Shown: positions 11,803 to 24,419 of the stretch, piece by piece | Position numbering within the stretch: position 1 is the first letter of the stretch | Layout: each line of letters opens with the position of its first letter | From: Oikopleura dioica | Lineage: Eukaryota; Animalia; Chordata | Length of the DNA: 64,000 nucleotides | Assembly: GCA_907165135.1 (NCBI GenBank) | Contig: OU015567.1 | Location: 5,952,001-6,016,000, forward strand | Reading direction: 5' to 3' | The notes under the pieces: generated by a model | What the model saw: only the letters and a program-made list of their open reading frames with translations | The model's database searches: none | What the model was told of the DNA's origin: nothing | Translations under genes and position numbers: made by a program

Positions 11803-12890
11803 TATGAAGCTTCAAGTCCTCTTCCTGCTCTCCCTACAGAATCACTACGAAGGCGCTTCTACAAATGCTAGTAGTAGAAAATGGTCAGTGGCGCTTGGTG
11901 CTCAAGCTCAACCAACAGAAGCAGGCTACAGGCATTTCACGACAGGGATTGCTAGAAGAAATGGAAGCAAAAAGAGCAGGGATGATCTCTCAATTAAAAT
12001 TTCCTTGAGATAAGACAACTCATCATCCAGTCATTTAATTCGTCCCGTAAAAGATCATCCCTGAAAAAGAACAGAGCATATTCAAAGAAGAAGAGAAAGC
12101 CGTTTATTCCACCGCCACCTCCTCCCTTTTTATTCAACAGCGAGGCAGAAAAATACATCGGAAAAGAACGGTTTTCGCAACTAAAGAAAGTAAGTTTCCA
12201 GAAAAGAAGAATGATAGACTCTTTGTTAATAAGATTAATGCCAACACTTGATGGGTCTAAAATTACGGAGTCAATAATTTGCGCTTTTTAGGAATATATG
12301 GACCGATATATAAGCAGTCTTGAGAAAGCAAAAGAAATTGAAGACTTGTACTACCCAGAATCGACTTCCTTTGAGCCCGAGTTCGACAGAAATGAAGACT
12401 TAGAAACCGAAGCGACGAAAACTTACGGAAACACTGATCATTACAATGAGTTTGTGACGTCCATGACAGCCAATAGAAGTAAGATCAGCTCTTTTTTGAA
12501 AAGTTTTGAAACATTTTTGAAAGAAAAAACGACTCCTCTGATCGTCTACCAGCCATTCGAAAGTCGCCCTACGGTTGGCGCTTATCCAGCGTCTCCTTCA
12601 ACGCCCTTGACCTCGATAACAACGATGACAAGTTCAACGAGAACAAGGTATAAATCAACCTTCACTGTTTCATCAAAATGTTGATTTACAGCTCGAAATC
12701 TACTCCGATCTCCAAGCCAATCCCTTCAACAGTTTCCTCAATAACGACAACAACGAAAAGACCAAAATTTCCAGAAATCAGCAACAACAACGAAACCATT
12801 CAAGCTTCAGCGAAGAAATCTTCTTCAAAACAACTAGCTGGAAACATTCTTTTTGTTTTACTAGCAATTTTAGGCGCTTTTCTCTTCTGA
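11803..12890 (+). CDS. Secreted or GPI-anchor-like Ser/Thr-rich surface protein (multi-exon)
   Basis: Signal-like MKLQVLFLLSL, S/T/P-rich stalk and hydrophobic C-terminus GNILFVLLAILGAFLF. GT-AG introns near 12190-12291 and 12648-12691. Confidence 0.5.
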
Positions 12891-13169
12891 GTCCCTTTCC
12901 CTCAACTTTCAAGTTCGTGAAAACTTTCCGATACTGTCACAGAATGAAATATACATTTAAAACAAGGTCGAATAAAATACGAAAGATGGCATTCTTGATT
13001 GGATTATCGGCTGAATATCACTTCTTTTCTTAAAAATCGGCCGACTTGCTGACTTGCCAATTTGCTGATAATCCCTGCTCGGTAGTTTGGCGCCGAGAAC
13101 AGCGCCTCCTTTGGGCGCCATTTTCGAATTTCTGCCGCGCGCTGGAAAAAAATTCTGTCTCAAATCAAA

Positions 13170-13964
13170 ATGAATAACCAAGAGAAAATGATGGGTCTCA
13201 AATATATTGGGACTTTTACTGGTCCGCGCTACGCCAGTTTTATCCATGCTGATTCCGGAATTGAGACGCAAATCAAGATTGAAACCTTCGCCAACACTGA
13301 CTTCTTTGAGTTCTCCTGTGGCTGCTGCTTCGAAGTCGACAACGGCAACAAACTGATGCGGAAGAGCAGAGATGCGTTTTTTGGATTCTACATTGGAGGA
13401 CTCGAAAAGCTCCACGGTTTGAGACCGACATCAGCAACGAAACAAGCGACGGCGAAATATACGCCGTTGAACAAAAACTGCTTTCCGAAAACGCCTCATG
13501 TCTGCTGCCCCGAAGATCCCAATTTGATGATGGAATTGATGAAGATGACCGCTCAACTTGGCAAAAAGACCGTTGGCAGATATCTGGCTCTCTGCTGGAC
13601 TCCACCAAAGGAAAAACGAAGAGGCAAAGAATTCAGCGAAACCTTCCGTTCGATTCAAAAGCAGAAAATCACTGAAACAGAACTCACGATGATCGCATAC
13701 AAGCTCTGGCTCCCCTTCTTCGACAAAACCTCGACAATCCATCTGCAGAAGACCAAGGAGACGAATCTCACGACAACGAACTTCAAGGAGATGCAGGATG
13801 ACTTTGCGGCGAAGCAAGCACAAGCACTGACCGACGAAGAACTGATCACTCTCTTTTCCGAAGCATCAGTCAAGGAGAAGAAGCCGAAGTACGTCAAAAA
13901 GAAGCCCAACAAGGGAAAAGCTCCAAATGCGATCAGAAAAACTCAGAAGCCAGCAAGACTCTGA
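13170..13964 (+). CDS. Intronless 264-aa orphan protein with basic C-terminus
   Basis: Long ORF with aaaATG context. No family recognised. Confidence 0.6.
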   Translation: MNNQEKMMGLKYIGTFTGPRYASFIHADSGIETQIKIETFANTDFFEFSCGCCFEVDNGNKLMRKSRDAFFGFYIGGLEKLHGLRPTSATKQATAKYTPLNKNCFPKTPHVCCPEDPNLMMELMKMTAQLGKKTVGRYLALCWTPPKEKRRGKEFSETFRSIQKQKITETELTMIAYKLWLPFFDKTSTIHLQKTKETNLTTTNFKEMQDDFAAKQAQALTDEELITLFSEASVKEKKPKYVKKKPNKGKAPNAIRKTQKPARL

Positions 13965-14396
13965 ACCAAACGTAAGCTAACTTTTCATTTTTTCAAGCTA
14001 TATTTTAATTCTAGTGCCCCTCCTTTCATGTTAATACGAAAACATCCCTCAGCCACAAAACGACAACAACGAAGAAAGCGACCACTCCAGAAATCACGAA
14101 TAAAAACGATCATCTCAATCTAAGAAATTGTCATCGAAACAACTGTTCTTATCTATCTTCCCTCATTACTTTACCGCTTTCGTAAAATCTTGCCAAAACT
14201 CCCAGAATTTGCAATAAAAGTTTTCAAAAAATCAAAATGGCTCGTTTCATGCCTTCTTTCTTGGTTCGAACCATTTTTGATCAAGATATCCCGCAAGGAC
14301 AAAACCTAAAATTCACGCTGCAGGAGCATCAAATTGATAAAATTTCAAAGACGCAAAGAGGCATTTTTCCAAAAAACCGGGCTCAGAAAGAGAGAA

Positions 14397-14576
14397 ATGG
14401 AGGAAAATCTTTGCGAGGAAGATCGAGTAGTTCTTGACGGTCCAAAACAACTCACCATTGCTCTTTTTGTCGGCCTTGCTCTTGGGTTCATCTTTGGCAT
14501 TTTCGCCAAGCCGCTGTACTTGAAATGGAAGAAGAAGAGGAACACGACTGAAGTTTGGAACAACCAGCCTGTGTAG
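14397..14576 (+). CDS. Small single-pass membrane protein
   Basis: MEENLCEE...LTIALFVGLALGFIFGIFA followed by basic KWKKKR. Confidence 0.45.
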   Translation: MEENLCEEDRVVLDGPKQLTIALFVGLALGFIFGIFAKPLYLKWKKKRNTTEVWNNQPV

Positions 14577-14711
14577 ATTCTGTTCCTGATACTTACTCGC
14601 CCCCGCTAGTTGTCACAAGATAGAAAATGCATACACGAGATCACTCAATTTTTTGTCAAAAGTGCTCCAAATTGAACTCATTTTACAAATGGATGATGCT
14701 GCAATTTTGAT

Positions 14712-15098
14712 TTATTCTTGAACTGTTTTTTCGCCCGTCATATCTTTTACCCATTTCAAAAACTCTGGATTTCCAGTTTCGATTGGCACAGAAACAATAC
14801 AGGGAACGTCATACGGGTGATTTTCTTTCACAAAATTAATCACTTCTTCTGACATGCTCTTTTCTGTTTTCAACAGGAGATATGTTTCTTCTTCTTCGCA
14901 GATCTCCCCTTTTCATTAATCAACAATAAAGCTCATTGAAACAAGAAAAAATTGTCTACCTTTCCATTCGTAAATAGAAGTCATTCCCGGAATGATATTT
15001 CCACAAGCAGCAAGTCTTGATTTCACGGCAGAGCTGGCCAGTTTCTTCGCTACAGCTGCGGAAGGGCAGGTTATCATCATTATAGCAGCCGAGGACAT
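14712..15098 (-). CDS. CUTA: CutA divalent-cation tolerance homolog (2 exons)
   Basis: ITCPS...AKKLA...RLAACGNIIPGMTSIYEWKG, then EEEETYLLLKT...HPYDVPCIVSVPIETGNPEFLKWV. Confidence 0.92.
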
Positions 15099-15192
15099 TT
15101 TTAGCCTTCTAGGAAGAATCGTGTTTAGCAATTTTGAAGCATAAGTTCGGAATATTAGAAATTTTTTAACTGAAAAAAGCAAGAAAAAGGGC

Positions 15193-16725
15193 TTATTTCT
15201 TCTTGTTTTTCAACTCTTCCATTTTCTCCCTCGATTTCTCTTGAATTTCGTCTAAATTTGAAGAATTTTCTTTCATCTCCTTTAATTTTTCCTGAAAAAT
15301 TTCATTACTTTCTCCATGAAAAAGGAAGAACCGACCTCCATTTCTTCTATTTTCTTCATTCTATCAGCAACAACATTGTCAAAAGAAGCATTTTCCTTCA
15401 ACGATTTTTGCAGCTCCATCATTTCTGTCGAGATTTCTTGAATTTCAATCGCTAGTCGCGCGTTTTCAGCGTCCAAATCCGGGATTCCTTAAAATCAGAA
15501 ATCACCATCATCAAGTTTTCCTTTCCTTTTTTACCTAGCTGGTTTCTAAACTTCATACAAATCGAGCTAAAAAGCAGCGTGATGCAAGTATTTCCCGCCC
15601 AGCAAAGAGAAATGAACGCCGGACAATTGTAATGCATCGCCATCGGATAAGTGACAGAAACGAGGCCCATGAAGACATTTGTAATTCCAGCCTGGGCTTT
15701 TGCTGCTCCACTTGGTTGAACTCCAGAGTTTTTGCGGGCAGTATTTCCGAGTTCTGCGCCGATTTTGATCGCCAGTAATTGCATTGCAGCTAAAAAAGAA
15801 TGCTAGAAAAAGTTTTACAACTGAGCAATAATTTCGAATTATTTTTTAGGCTCTGAATGAAAAAAATGTATTTTTTTCCTTTTATCCAATCAGACGTCCG
15901 TATTTGGCCTAAAAGCCAATGAGAAACGGGCATTTGGTCGATCGACTAATAAGAGGCTTATATTTGACCTAAGAGCGAATCAGAAACTCGTATTTACTCT
16001 AATCTAAGCCTTTATTCGCATCATCAAATCAGAACCTGTTTTTCTGACTCAAAACTTATCCTAAAAAATTAGCGTTAAATGTACTCACTTCCCAAAAGAG
16101 CAGCTGCATGATTAAATTCCATCAAATTTTCAATCCCCATAAACGCAAGTGGAGTCGAGCTGGCTCTACAAAGCGACCAGGTAGCATACAAATTTCCAGA
16201 CATAAAAATCCCAAGCGGCAAAATGTTAAAAATCGGGTAATTTCGCATCAGATTATTTCGAATTTCTCCAATTTCCTGTTGCATCTTTTGCTCGCTCATC
16301 GCCGCTTCTTCTGCCGATTTGAAGTCGCCTTTCAGAATCCTCAGTTGTTGGGAATGAGCAATGTGGGACATTCGCTGCATGCTGTTGGAAAAGACCGGCA
16401 TTTTCTGTCTCATGCTTCGGTACATCGGGAAAAGCGCGAATCGACCGGTGGCGACGACAATCGGAATGGCGGCGAAAACTTCGATTCCAAGAGCATTTGC
16501 AGTCGCGTCATATATTGAGAGAAAAGAATCCGCGACGAAGCCAAGCTCTTGAACTTCCGCGGCTGCTTCAGCGATGGGCTGGGTTATTGCTTCGGCAGAA
16601 ACATCAGAAACTGCTGCGTAAGGGTCGACGTTTTCAATCTTCGGCTGCAGATTTATCGAGTTTTCTCCTTTGATTGAAGCAAACCGGAGTTGGGAAACGA
16701 TACGATTCGCTGACCGTCTCAACAT
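15193..16725 (-). CDS. OXA1L: Mitochondrial inner-membrane insertase, Oxa1/YidC family (multi-exon)
   Basis: Mitochondrial-type presequence MLRRSANRIV, AIPIVVATGRFALFPM, IGAELG, CPAFISLCWAGN and a coiled-coil C-tail. The tail favours OXA1L over COX18. Confidence 0.72.
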
Positions 16726-16877
16726 TCAAGCGATTCTTAACAGTTTTCTTTGAGGATCTAATTAAGGGACTCCCCCGCGAAAAGAAGAAAAGAGGTGCGA
16801 AATGTAAACTCAAATTCAAAAACCTCCCGCGACCGATGTTTTTTACCTAATTGAGAATAAAAAGAGAATAAAACTTG

Positions 16878-17402
16878 ATGAAGTTGAAAATTGCCCTCAT
16901 TTTGTCGCTAAATTCGAGCTTTTGCGAAGCAGTGGCTGAACGAAAGCACATGTGCGCGTGTCCTCCCGGACCGCCAGGAGCTGATGGAGCGCCGGGTTAC
17001 CAAGGCCCTGTTGGCGAAAGAGGACAACCTGGGCCTCCCGGACCGGTGGGAAGAGGAGGCGCTAATGGCAATCCGGGCATGGATGGCAACCCTGGCATTC
17101 CTGGCCTACATGGTCCCAGAGGAATGAGGTGAGTTGGAAGGACGCTTTTTTGGTGAAAATTTCGTTTTAGCGGGCGGCCGGGCCGCAGAGGGCCAAAAGG
17201 AATGCCCGGACCGGAAGGGCCAAAAGGCGAAAATTGCGTGATCGAGTCCGTCGACAGCATGGACAAACGCCTACTCCAGCTGGAAGGCGAAATGGCGCAA
17301 ATCTGGCACATGATTCGACAAAACCGCGCAGAGGTGCTCTCCCGACAAATGCCCGACTACGACTACATGGCGCCAGAATCAAGTCAAATTAATGAAAATT
17401 AA
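16878..17402 (+). CDS. Short secreted collagen-like protein (2 exons)
   Basis: Signal peptide, CAC motif, about 25 Gly-X-Y triplets and a short coiled-coil C-terminus. Intron gtgagt...tttag at 17129-17170. Confidence 0.85.
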
Positions 17403-17595
17403 AAAATAAAAAAAACGAAAAACTGTTCCTTGAAAATATAAATTTTACATAAATAGATTTTTAATGAAGCAAAAGTACGCATGAAGAGAGGATTTAAAGA
17501 GGAAAACATTGTTGTGGAACAGACAGATTTGAGCTTTGGGAAATATTTTCGTTTTGGAGTAGTCTTTGTTGATTTCAAAATTGAGTTTCGTTTTT

Positions 17596-18577
17596 TTAGT
17601 CGTGGAAGCGCACCGACATTTTCGCATCGATTTCGGTCGACTTAAAATGAGTTGAATTGGAATTGATGGATTTTGAAACAGTTTTCGTTTGAATCGAGTA
17701 CTGTAAATACCTTCATCGCCACGGCAAAATCCTCAAGACAAAGACCAGCATCAGATTTTCCATCAAGATTCTGTTTTGCTTCTACGATTGCTCGTTCAGC
17801 GATTGCGTACAGTTGATCTTCCGAAATGTTCTTTCCGACCTAGAAAAAAAGGGATAAAGAGAGGAAAGAAAATTGGAAGTACCATCATTCGGAGAATTTC
17901 GAGCAGCTCGTTTCGAGTGAGCCGATTGGATTTGTCCTTGTCGAAGATGTCGAAGATCAACTTTGTTTTGGACTGTTTTGAGTTGAGGTCGCTTTCTTGC
18001 GTTTTCGAATTGGTTGGGCGGAAGTGCGAAAGAACCTAAATCGTTGAAAAAAGGATGGTGGGATTTCTTACTTCGCAGTATTTGAGAAAACTGCATTCAG
18101 TAGAAGTCGCGTCGTTGTTTTCTGCGGGCAGGAAGAGATTCACGATTTTATCGGCTAAAAATGAGAAATGAAAAGGTTGAAAAAGGGGGAAATTTACCTA
18201 ATGGATTCATAGCGAGCTCAGGAATAGCCAGTAAATCGTCGCGAGAAAGATGGCCCTTCGCGTCTTTGTCCAAAAGATTGAATCTGAAATAATAATTGAA
18301 AAAAAATCCTACAATTTTTCTCTTCGATAATGAAAATTTTCATCCGGCGCTCTGATTGGTCAAGACTAAAAAGAGCTTTAATCGGCTTAAAATTCCAAAA
18401 ACTCTCGAATAACTTCTAATAATAAAACGGTAAAAATTATCATTATGACTCAAAATTACTGTTACTAAAAGTGTACCTGTGGTAAAGCTTATTGACTTGC
18501 GCCTTTGAAAAACCAGTTCTATTCGCAACTTCTTGAGCTTCATCAGCTGATAGAGCTACTGACTGCTTAGTTCCCAT
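17596..18577 (-). CDS. CHP1: Calcineurin B homologous protein (EF-hand, N-myristoylation MG)
   Basis: MGTKQS...TGFSKAQVNKLYHRFNLLDKDAKGHLSRDDLLAIPELAMNPL, FDIFDKDKSNRLTRNELLEILRMM, C-terminal KMSVRFHD*. Confidence 0.85.
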
Positions 18578-18769
18578 TCTTTCTCTTTTTTTCTCTGTTG
18601 TTTTTTTTTAATAAACTTGTTCCAAATTCGCGCTGGAATTTCAATTCTCGATTTTCGTGTTTGTTTTGCGGCTTCGCGAAATTCGCTTTTTCTCAAATAT
18701 CTTCTGTAAATTTCAAATTCGCAATTTTCATTTCAATTCTGGCTGATCTGCTTTCTCTTTGCTCTTCAA

Positions 18770-18850
18770 TGACTCACTAAATTACTCATTCCTTTGCTCC
18801 ATTGTCCGCTCTGGCAAATGAGCGAGCGCATGAGTCATCACTATGACTCA
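18770..18850. promoter_or_regulatory. Cluster of three AP-1 (TGASTCA) sites between divergent CHP1 and RALGAPB
   Basis: atgactca near 18770, atgagtca near 18830 and atgactca near 18843. Confidence 0.4.
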
Positions 18851-19322
18851 GCCAGCTCCTCAGGCAGATTTGGCCAGGAAGAAATAAGCCGCTGCGAAAA
18901 TTTACAAAAAAGCCGAAAAACATAAACTTACGAAAAAAATACAATGAAAATTTATTATTTATGAAGAGAAAATTTCTCTAGAAAGGTAACTACGCCAAAA
19001 AATCGTAATTTATATTTTTATCTTTTTTTATTTTTGGAAAATCTTTGAATTTGAGGCAAATTTTCCTAATAAAATGTCGAGAATTTTAATTATAGGTTTT
19101 ATTGCTTTTTGAGATGCAACTTTGGGCTTAATTGTTTAATTAATCAATTAATTAGTTAAATGGACCAATTTTTTATTATAAAAATGAAAAAAGAAAGCGG
19201 AAAAACTAGAATTTTTCTATTTTATTGAGCAAAAAAAGTCCATTATTTGAAGAAAAATCGATTTTGACGTGAAAAAAAGCGCTGAATTCATAAATTCTAG
19301 AGCGCGTTCTCGAGTTTTGTCA

Positions 19323-22300
19323 ATGTACAGCGAATGGTGCTCCCTTGAGGGCGACGTGCTTGGACTCAGGAATCAACTCTCGGTCCTCAATCGTTTTCCG
19401 CCGAAAGTCGCTAAGGAGGTCTCAGATCTCATCGTTTTCTCGATCGTGTCGTCCAACGTCGATCTTGTCACTGAAAAAGAGGTACAAAAGCCAACTAGAG
19501 CAAAAAGAAAATCAAAAAAACTCAATTTTTTAATTGAAAAAATCATCAAATTTCGCTCTTCAGGTGAAATTCACCGAGGAAATCCTCTGCTATGCGTTGA
19601 GTCTGTCCTTCACCGACGACAAGAGCGTCCAAACCGTCAAAGATGCGGTCCGTCTTTACTGCGACTGGCTTCGCGTTGTTGTCGACCCATCCGAGCGGAT
19701 TCCCCTTCCAGTTCGGAAAAACCCGGAGCCGCATTTGAAGAAGATTCTTGAGCACCTGCAGAACCTTTTTGTCCCGAGAGTAGAACGACGATGGCTCGAT
19801 GTTCAGTACAATCTCTGTAAAACTGTCCTAAAGTCTGTCCTTGCCGTTTGCAAAGAAACCACCTCCCTAGAAGCAGCGACATGGGAAACAATCCTTCTCT
19901 TCTTCCTAGCAATTGCGGATACTCTTCTAGCGCCGCCCCTGGCAACAGGCGGCCTGGCGGATCTCCTGGGATCTGAGCTCATCAAAACTCTTTTCGAAGT
20001 TTGGCTGGTCGCTTGCGCAAAGAACTTCCCAACGCCGACGTTTTGGAAAACGCTGACCGATTTTGTCCAAGGCTGGCGGCACCATTACGCGGTGATTGAC
20101 TGGTGGAGTAGGTTTACAGCTGTTTTGACGAGAGATGTCATCTCCAGCTCCCAGGGGCCGACGTATCCGGAACTCCTCGTCCCAGAAGAAGATAAGAACC
20201 TGATCTACCCAATGGACCAAGAGACCATCACTCTGGCTTGGTACCAGTTCCTCAGAATCATCTCCAATCCAGTTGAGCTGACGGACACGTCAAAATTCGC
20301 CCGCCGCGACAAATTCGTCCAAATGGCGAAGCTCAACGGAAGAAACGATCAAATGCTCAGCACGCTGAACCACCCCTGTTTGCAAAAGCTACCTGAGAAC
20401 TTTCTCCGCCTGATGCAGGGAATAAGCCAGCTTTGTGACGGCTTCCTTGGCTTGTCAAACACGGAAGAGTATCGACGGGAGCTCAAATTTGGAACGATTT
20501 CGGGTCATTCAGGATCCATCCCCAGTTCGACCCCCGATCGGCTTCCCCACCCCTTGGACGAAAAGGGACAAAGCAGAGTCTTTCAAGACGAAGTTCGAAT
20601 ATAATGACGGCTTTTCCAGAGCCGCCAAAGAGTTTCATGGGCTCAGAAATGTCCGAATCGATTCACAAAACATCGAAAGGAACATCGGGTCGAAACTCCT
20701 CGGGCAATGTGATTTCCGAAGTGAGTTCCAGCTACCTCCAAGCTAGTCTTCAAATGCGCACTGAATTCACGGATACGAAGCCGCGATCGCGCCCGTACGT
20801 CAACTCCCTCCTCAATCTTTTCGGAAAGTGGCTGTTTGATGCGTCCCTTGGAGCTCCAGCAGATGTCGACACCGCTTCGTTTTCTAGAGCCACTTCGATT
20901 TCAGAGCCAAGTTGGCATTCTGAAATGATCCCGAGCCCTGGGCTCGACGATTCGGAGAGAAACGAAGCTGGCAGAGCAGAAGCGCTGGGCTGCTTGTCCC
21001 GTATTTTGAGCACAATAAGGACCAATGAGAAGATCATCCCCGCGTACTTAGCCCGAGCTTACCTCGTCTTATCACATGGGCTGATCGACGAGTCCTCAGC
21101 CACAAGAGCCGCGATACTGATCTTTGGCTGCGATTTCCTGCGCGTGAATTTGCCCGGCGTTACGTGTCTCTATCCCCTCTTCATCACGGTGCTGGAAACT
21201 TTAATCCCGGACGGTAAAATGTCAAACTACCAGCCGGTCGTTAATTTAGCTGATTTGCGGTTTTCCGCCGTCCAAATGCTCTTGTCCATGACCGCCTTTC
21301 CTCTCCACTACGGCAACGCGCAGATCAGCCTCCTCCCCTCCGTCGACCTTGGAAACAATAAGGAATCTAAATTCGTCTTCTCAGACTTTTTCAATCGCCA
21401 GGCGGCGCTGCTCTTTGAAGAAATCAACACGGACCTAGATTCGACAAACTTGCAAATGACGATCGCAGCGCTCCACCAACTGCTGGTAAATACGATGGTC
21501 AAATTCCTCGCAGAGCAGAATTCGAACGAAGATGCGCAAAGTTTGAGCTCTGATTCAACAATACGATCAGGGGACATTCTCAAGGAAAATAGCTTGGACA
21601 ACATGGCATCAGCTCCGGGACTGATTCTAGCGACGGTTCAGAAACTGACGGCAAAGTTGGACAAGTGGGCTTCCAGTTCCAACCGCGTCCTGTCAGTCGT
21701 TCTCTCTGTTTTTGAAGTTCTCGGCGCCCTAGCTGGTTATATACAAGAAATTCTCCCGCCAAAGCTGTGTTTTGATCAAAGCAGACTTGTCGTCAAACAT
21801 CTCTGCAACTACATTCAGCAGAGCATCGGCAGAGATCGTCGAGAACATCGTCGGGAACTCCACTCGACCATCGTTGCCGCTTTTCGCTGCGTCTCTCGCT
21901 GGTTGAAGCTTCATCCGGAGCTGTTGGACGATTCGAAGTTTTTGTACTACTTGATGGAGGTCCTGGAGCTCGGAATTTCAGGGAAAAAGTCGAGGAATTC
22001 GAACAAAGTCGACACGGCGAAGCATGAAAAGTTCAGCGAACCAGTTTCGGGGCGCGTTCGTCATGCGGCAGAGGAAGTGTTGCATCTCATCTTTCAACGG
22101 AACATTACCGACAGTCAGGTGGATGAGAGTGTGCTGAAAACCGAGTCGTTGGAGTTCTACTATCTTTACGGAAACGCGCTCGTGACTGTAGCAGAGTATC
22201 CAGACAGTGAGAGCCAGAACCCCTGTGTGGTCATGATCGTCCGTCATCCAGGTGGAAGAACAGCGTGGAAAATGGAGCACGAATTGACAAGTAGCGCTAA

Positions 22301-23886
22301 TTCCAAGCCGCCTGAGATCAAGCAACTGCCGCTGGATAAATTTGAAATGGACCCGATTTTCTACCCAACTTCAAAGACTGTTCCCATCGGCACTGAGCGA
22401 ATTCCACGCGTCCAGGCCGACTTTTCGATTCCCTCGATCGAAGGAGTAGCTGCTGAAGAAGATGAAATTGTACAAGACGAGATTAGCTCTCTCCAAGAAG
22501 AACTCGACAGACAAATCGAAGCTGACGAGGCCAAATCTACTCGAGAAACGTCGATTAATCCATGCAATCAGCCAAATCCCGTGAAAGAGTTCCAGAGCGC
22601 CAGATTGCTGTTTGGATCGTTGGGATTGTTGCAACTGGATAGTGTGAAAAAGCAGGCTTCGCTGGGAGATCACGCTGATTTGGTGCGACTACGAGGAGGG
22701 GCAGATATCATTGAAGAACTGCACACGCTCGATCAAATGCCGCACACACATCATGACACGGGTTTTGTCTTTTACGTCCAAGCAGGTTGTTATCAGCGTG
22801 AACAGATTTATGCTTCGACTACGGGGAGACAGACAAAAGCTCTAAGCGTAAGATATTGTTTTGAGAACAGCTTGGAGTTAATTTTTCTTTAGAAAGACTT
22901 CATCGAGTTTCTCTTCAACCTTGGCCAACCAGTCAGCGTCGATGACCATTCAGATTGGACTGGAAATGTCAAAACCAGCTACCGAATTCGGTAAGAGCTC
23001 TTCTCTTCCCTTCTGTTGCTAGCGGTCTATTTGTAGTAAAGCGCCGAAGAAGGAGAAAGCTGATCTGAGCAAGGATCAAATTCTTAATGGACGCGGGATT
23101 GGCTCGCTCAATGGCGAGAATTTAGTGCTTTACTGGGCGGACTATCACAACGAGGTCGCCTTTTTGGTGCCGAGTCCGAGAGAATCGTCGGAGGTCTCGT
23201 TCAATTTAGGAGATGATCAGTCCGAAGACAGTAAATCCGGTAGATAGAGACACTAGGGACATCCAATAACTATCAAATATCCAAGTTGCATCGAGCAGAA
23301 AACTCAATCCAGGGAGCTGCGATTCGCGCGTCCTGATCTTTTGGCTTGAAGACTGGGACGACATCGACTACATCCCGATCGACACGCTTACCAACGATGC
23401 AACTACAGGAGAAGAGCCTGCGCAAGATGTTTCTGTCATCTTTCTTCATCCGCTGCGAAATGGGCTCGTTCGTGTTAGCACTAGAATGGCTCAGAACTTG
23501 AAAGGTACTGAAGGCTCGTAATAGTTGATTTTGATTATTCAGGTCATCCATCGCCGCTGGTTTCTGGCTCAGTCGTCTCCAAATCGATTCTGAGTTTAAT
23601 GGTGCGCGAGACAGTCATCAACTACGGGAACAGGAAGCGCCTGGACAGCGACGCGCACACCCATGCCAGCCACAGACGAATGCGAAAGATTCAAGAGGTC
23701 AAGGACCATTACCAGCACATTCTAAAGGAAGAAAAGTTTTACAGCACAATCTTATCGCCTCCGTCTGTAGTCCAGGTTCGTAAATCAACACTTTTGCACC
23801 TTTTTCAACCACAATTTTAGGATCGAAGAGGTTCCTTGATCTCTCAAGCTTCACATCCGCACTCGATCGACATGCAAGTCGGCTGA
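19323..23886 (+). CDS. RALGAPB: Ral GTPase-activating protein subunit beta (multi-exon; apparent 1-nt frameshift near 20531)
   Basis: MYSEWCSL start, LQNLFVPR, RPYVNSLLNLFGKWLFDA, EAGRAEALGCL, ELHSTIVAAF, EVLELGISG, YWAD..EVAFLVPS, RRKRLDSD-like tail. Confidence 0.93.
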
Positions 23887-24419
23887 TTAAAGCCTCAAAA
23901 ACGTACTTTTTATTATTATATATTAAAAATAACTCGCAAGTAGATATTTTTATATTATTCAACCTATTCATGACTTCATAAAAACGCGTTCACGAAAATC
24001 TAAATCTCAATATAAAAGAAATTTCTGTACTAAAATCGTATTTTACCTGCCACTCACTTATTCTCTTGTAAATATTTTTTCACTTCTCAAATCTCTAATT
24101 GTGATATTCAATTTTCAACAATTTCAAATCTCAGTAGTGCAATCATTAATAAGTCGAAAATCGCTAAACCCATCATTACATCATCTTTCATTCGTTCGTA
24201 TTATTCGATAAATAAACCCTCTACCAATATTATTAATTAACATTATTTCATTTCTCCCATTGCCAATATTGAATATTCCAATTTCATCCTTCTTTTTTAT
24301 GAATCCTTGCAAGTGCAGTTTTCAATCTTTATTTTACCTTTGATGCCTTACTCCTGGTACTCCAAACAGAGCATGCAAATTCCTCAAACCCTATCTCCAT
24401 TATTTTTCTTTCAGCAGAA

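Noticed and set aside
20531-20606. TAATG stop-start overlap splitting RALGAPB (looks like termination-reinitiation)
   Set aside because: One extra C in the run at 20531-20535 fuses the frames (STPRSASPPLGRK...). This is the same homopolymer-loss pattern seen across the window.
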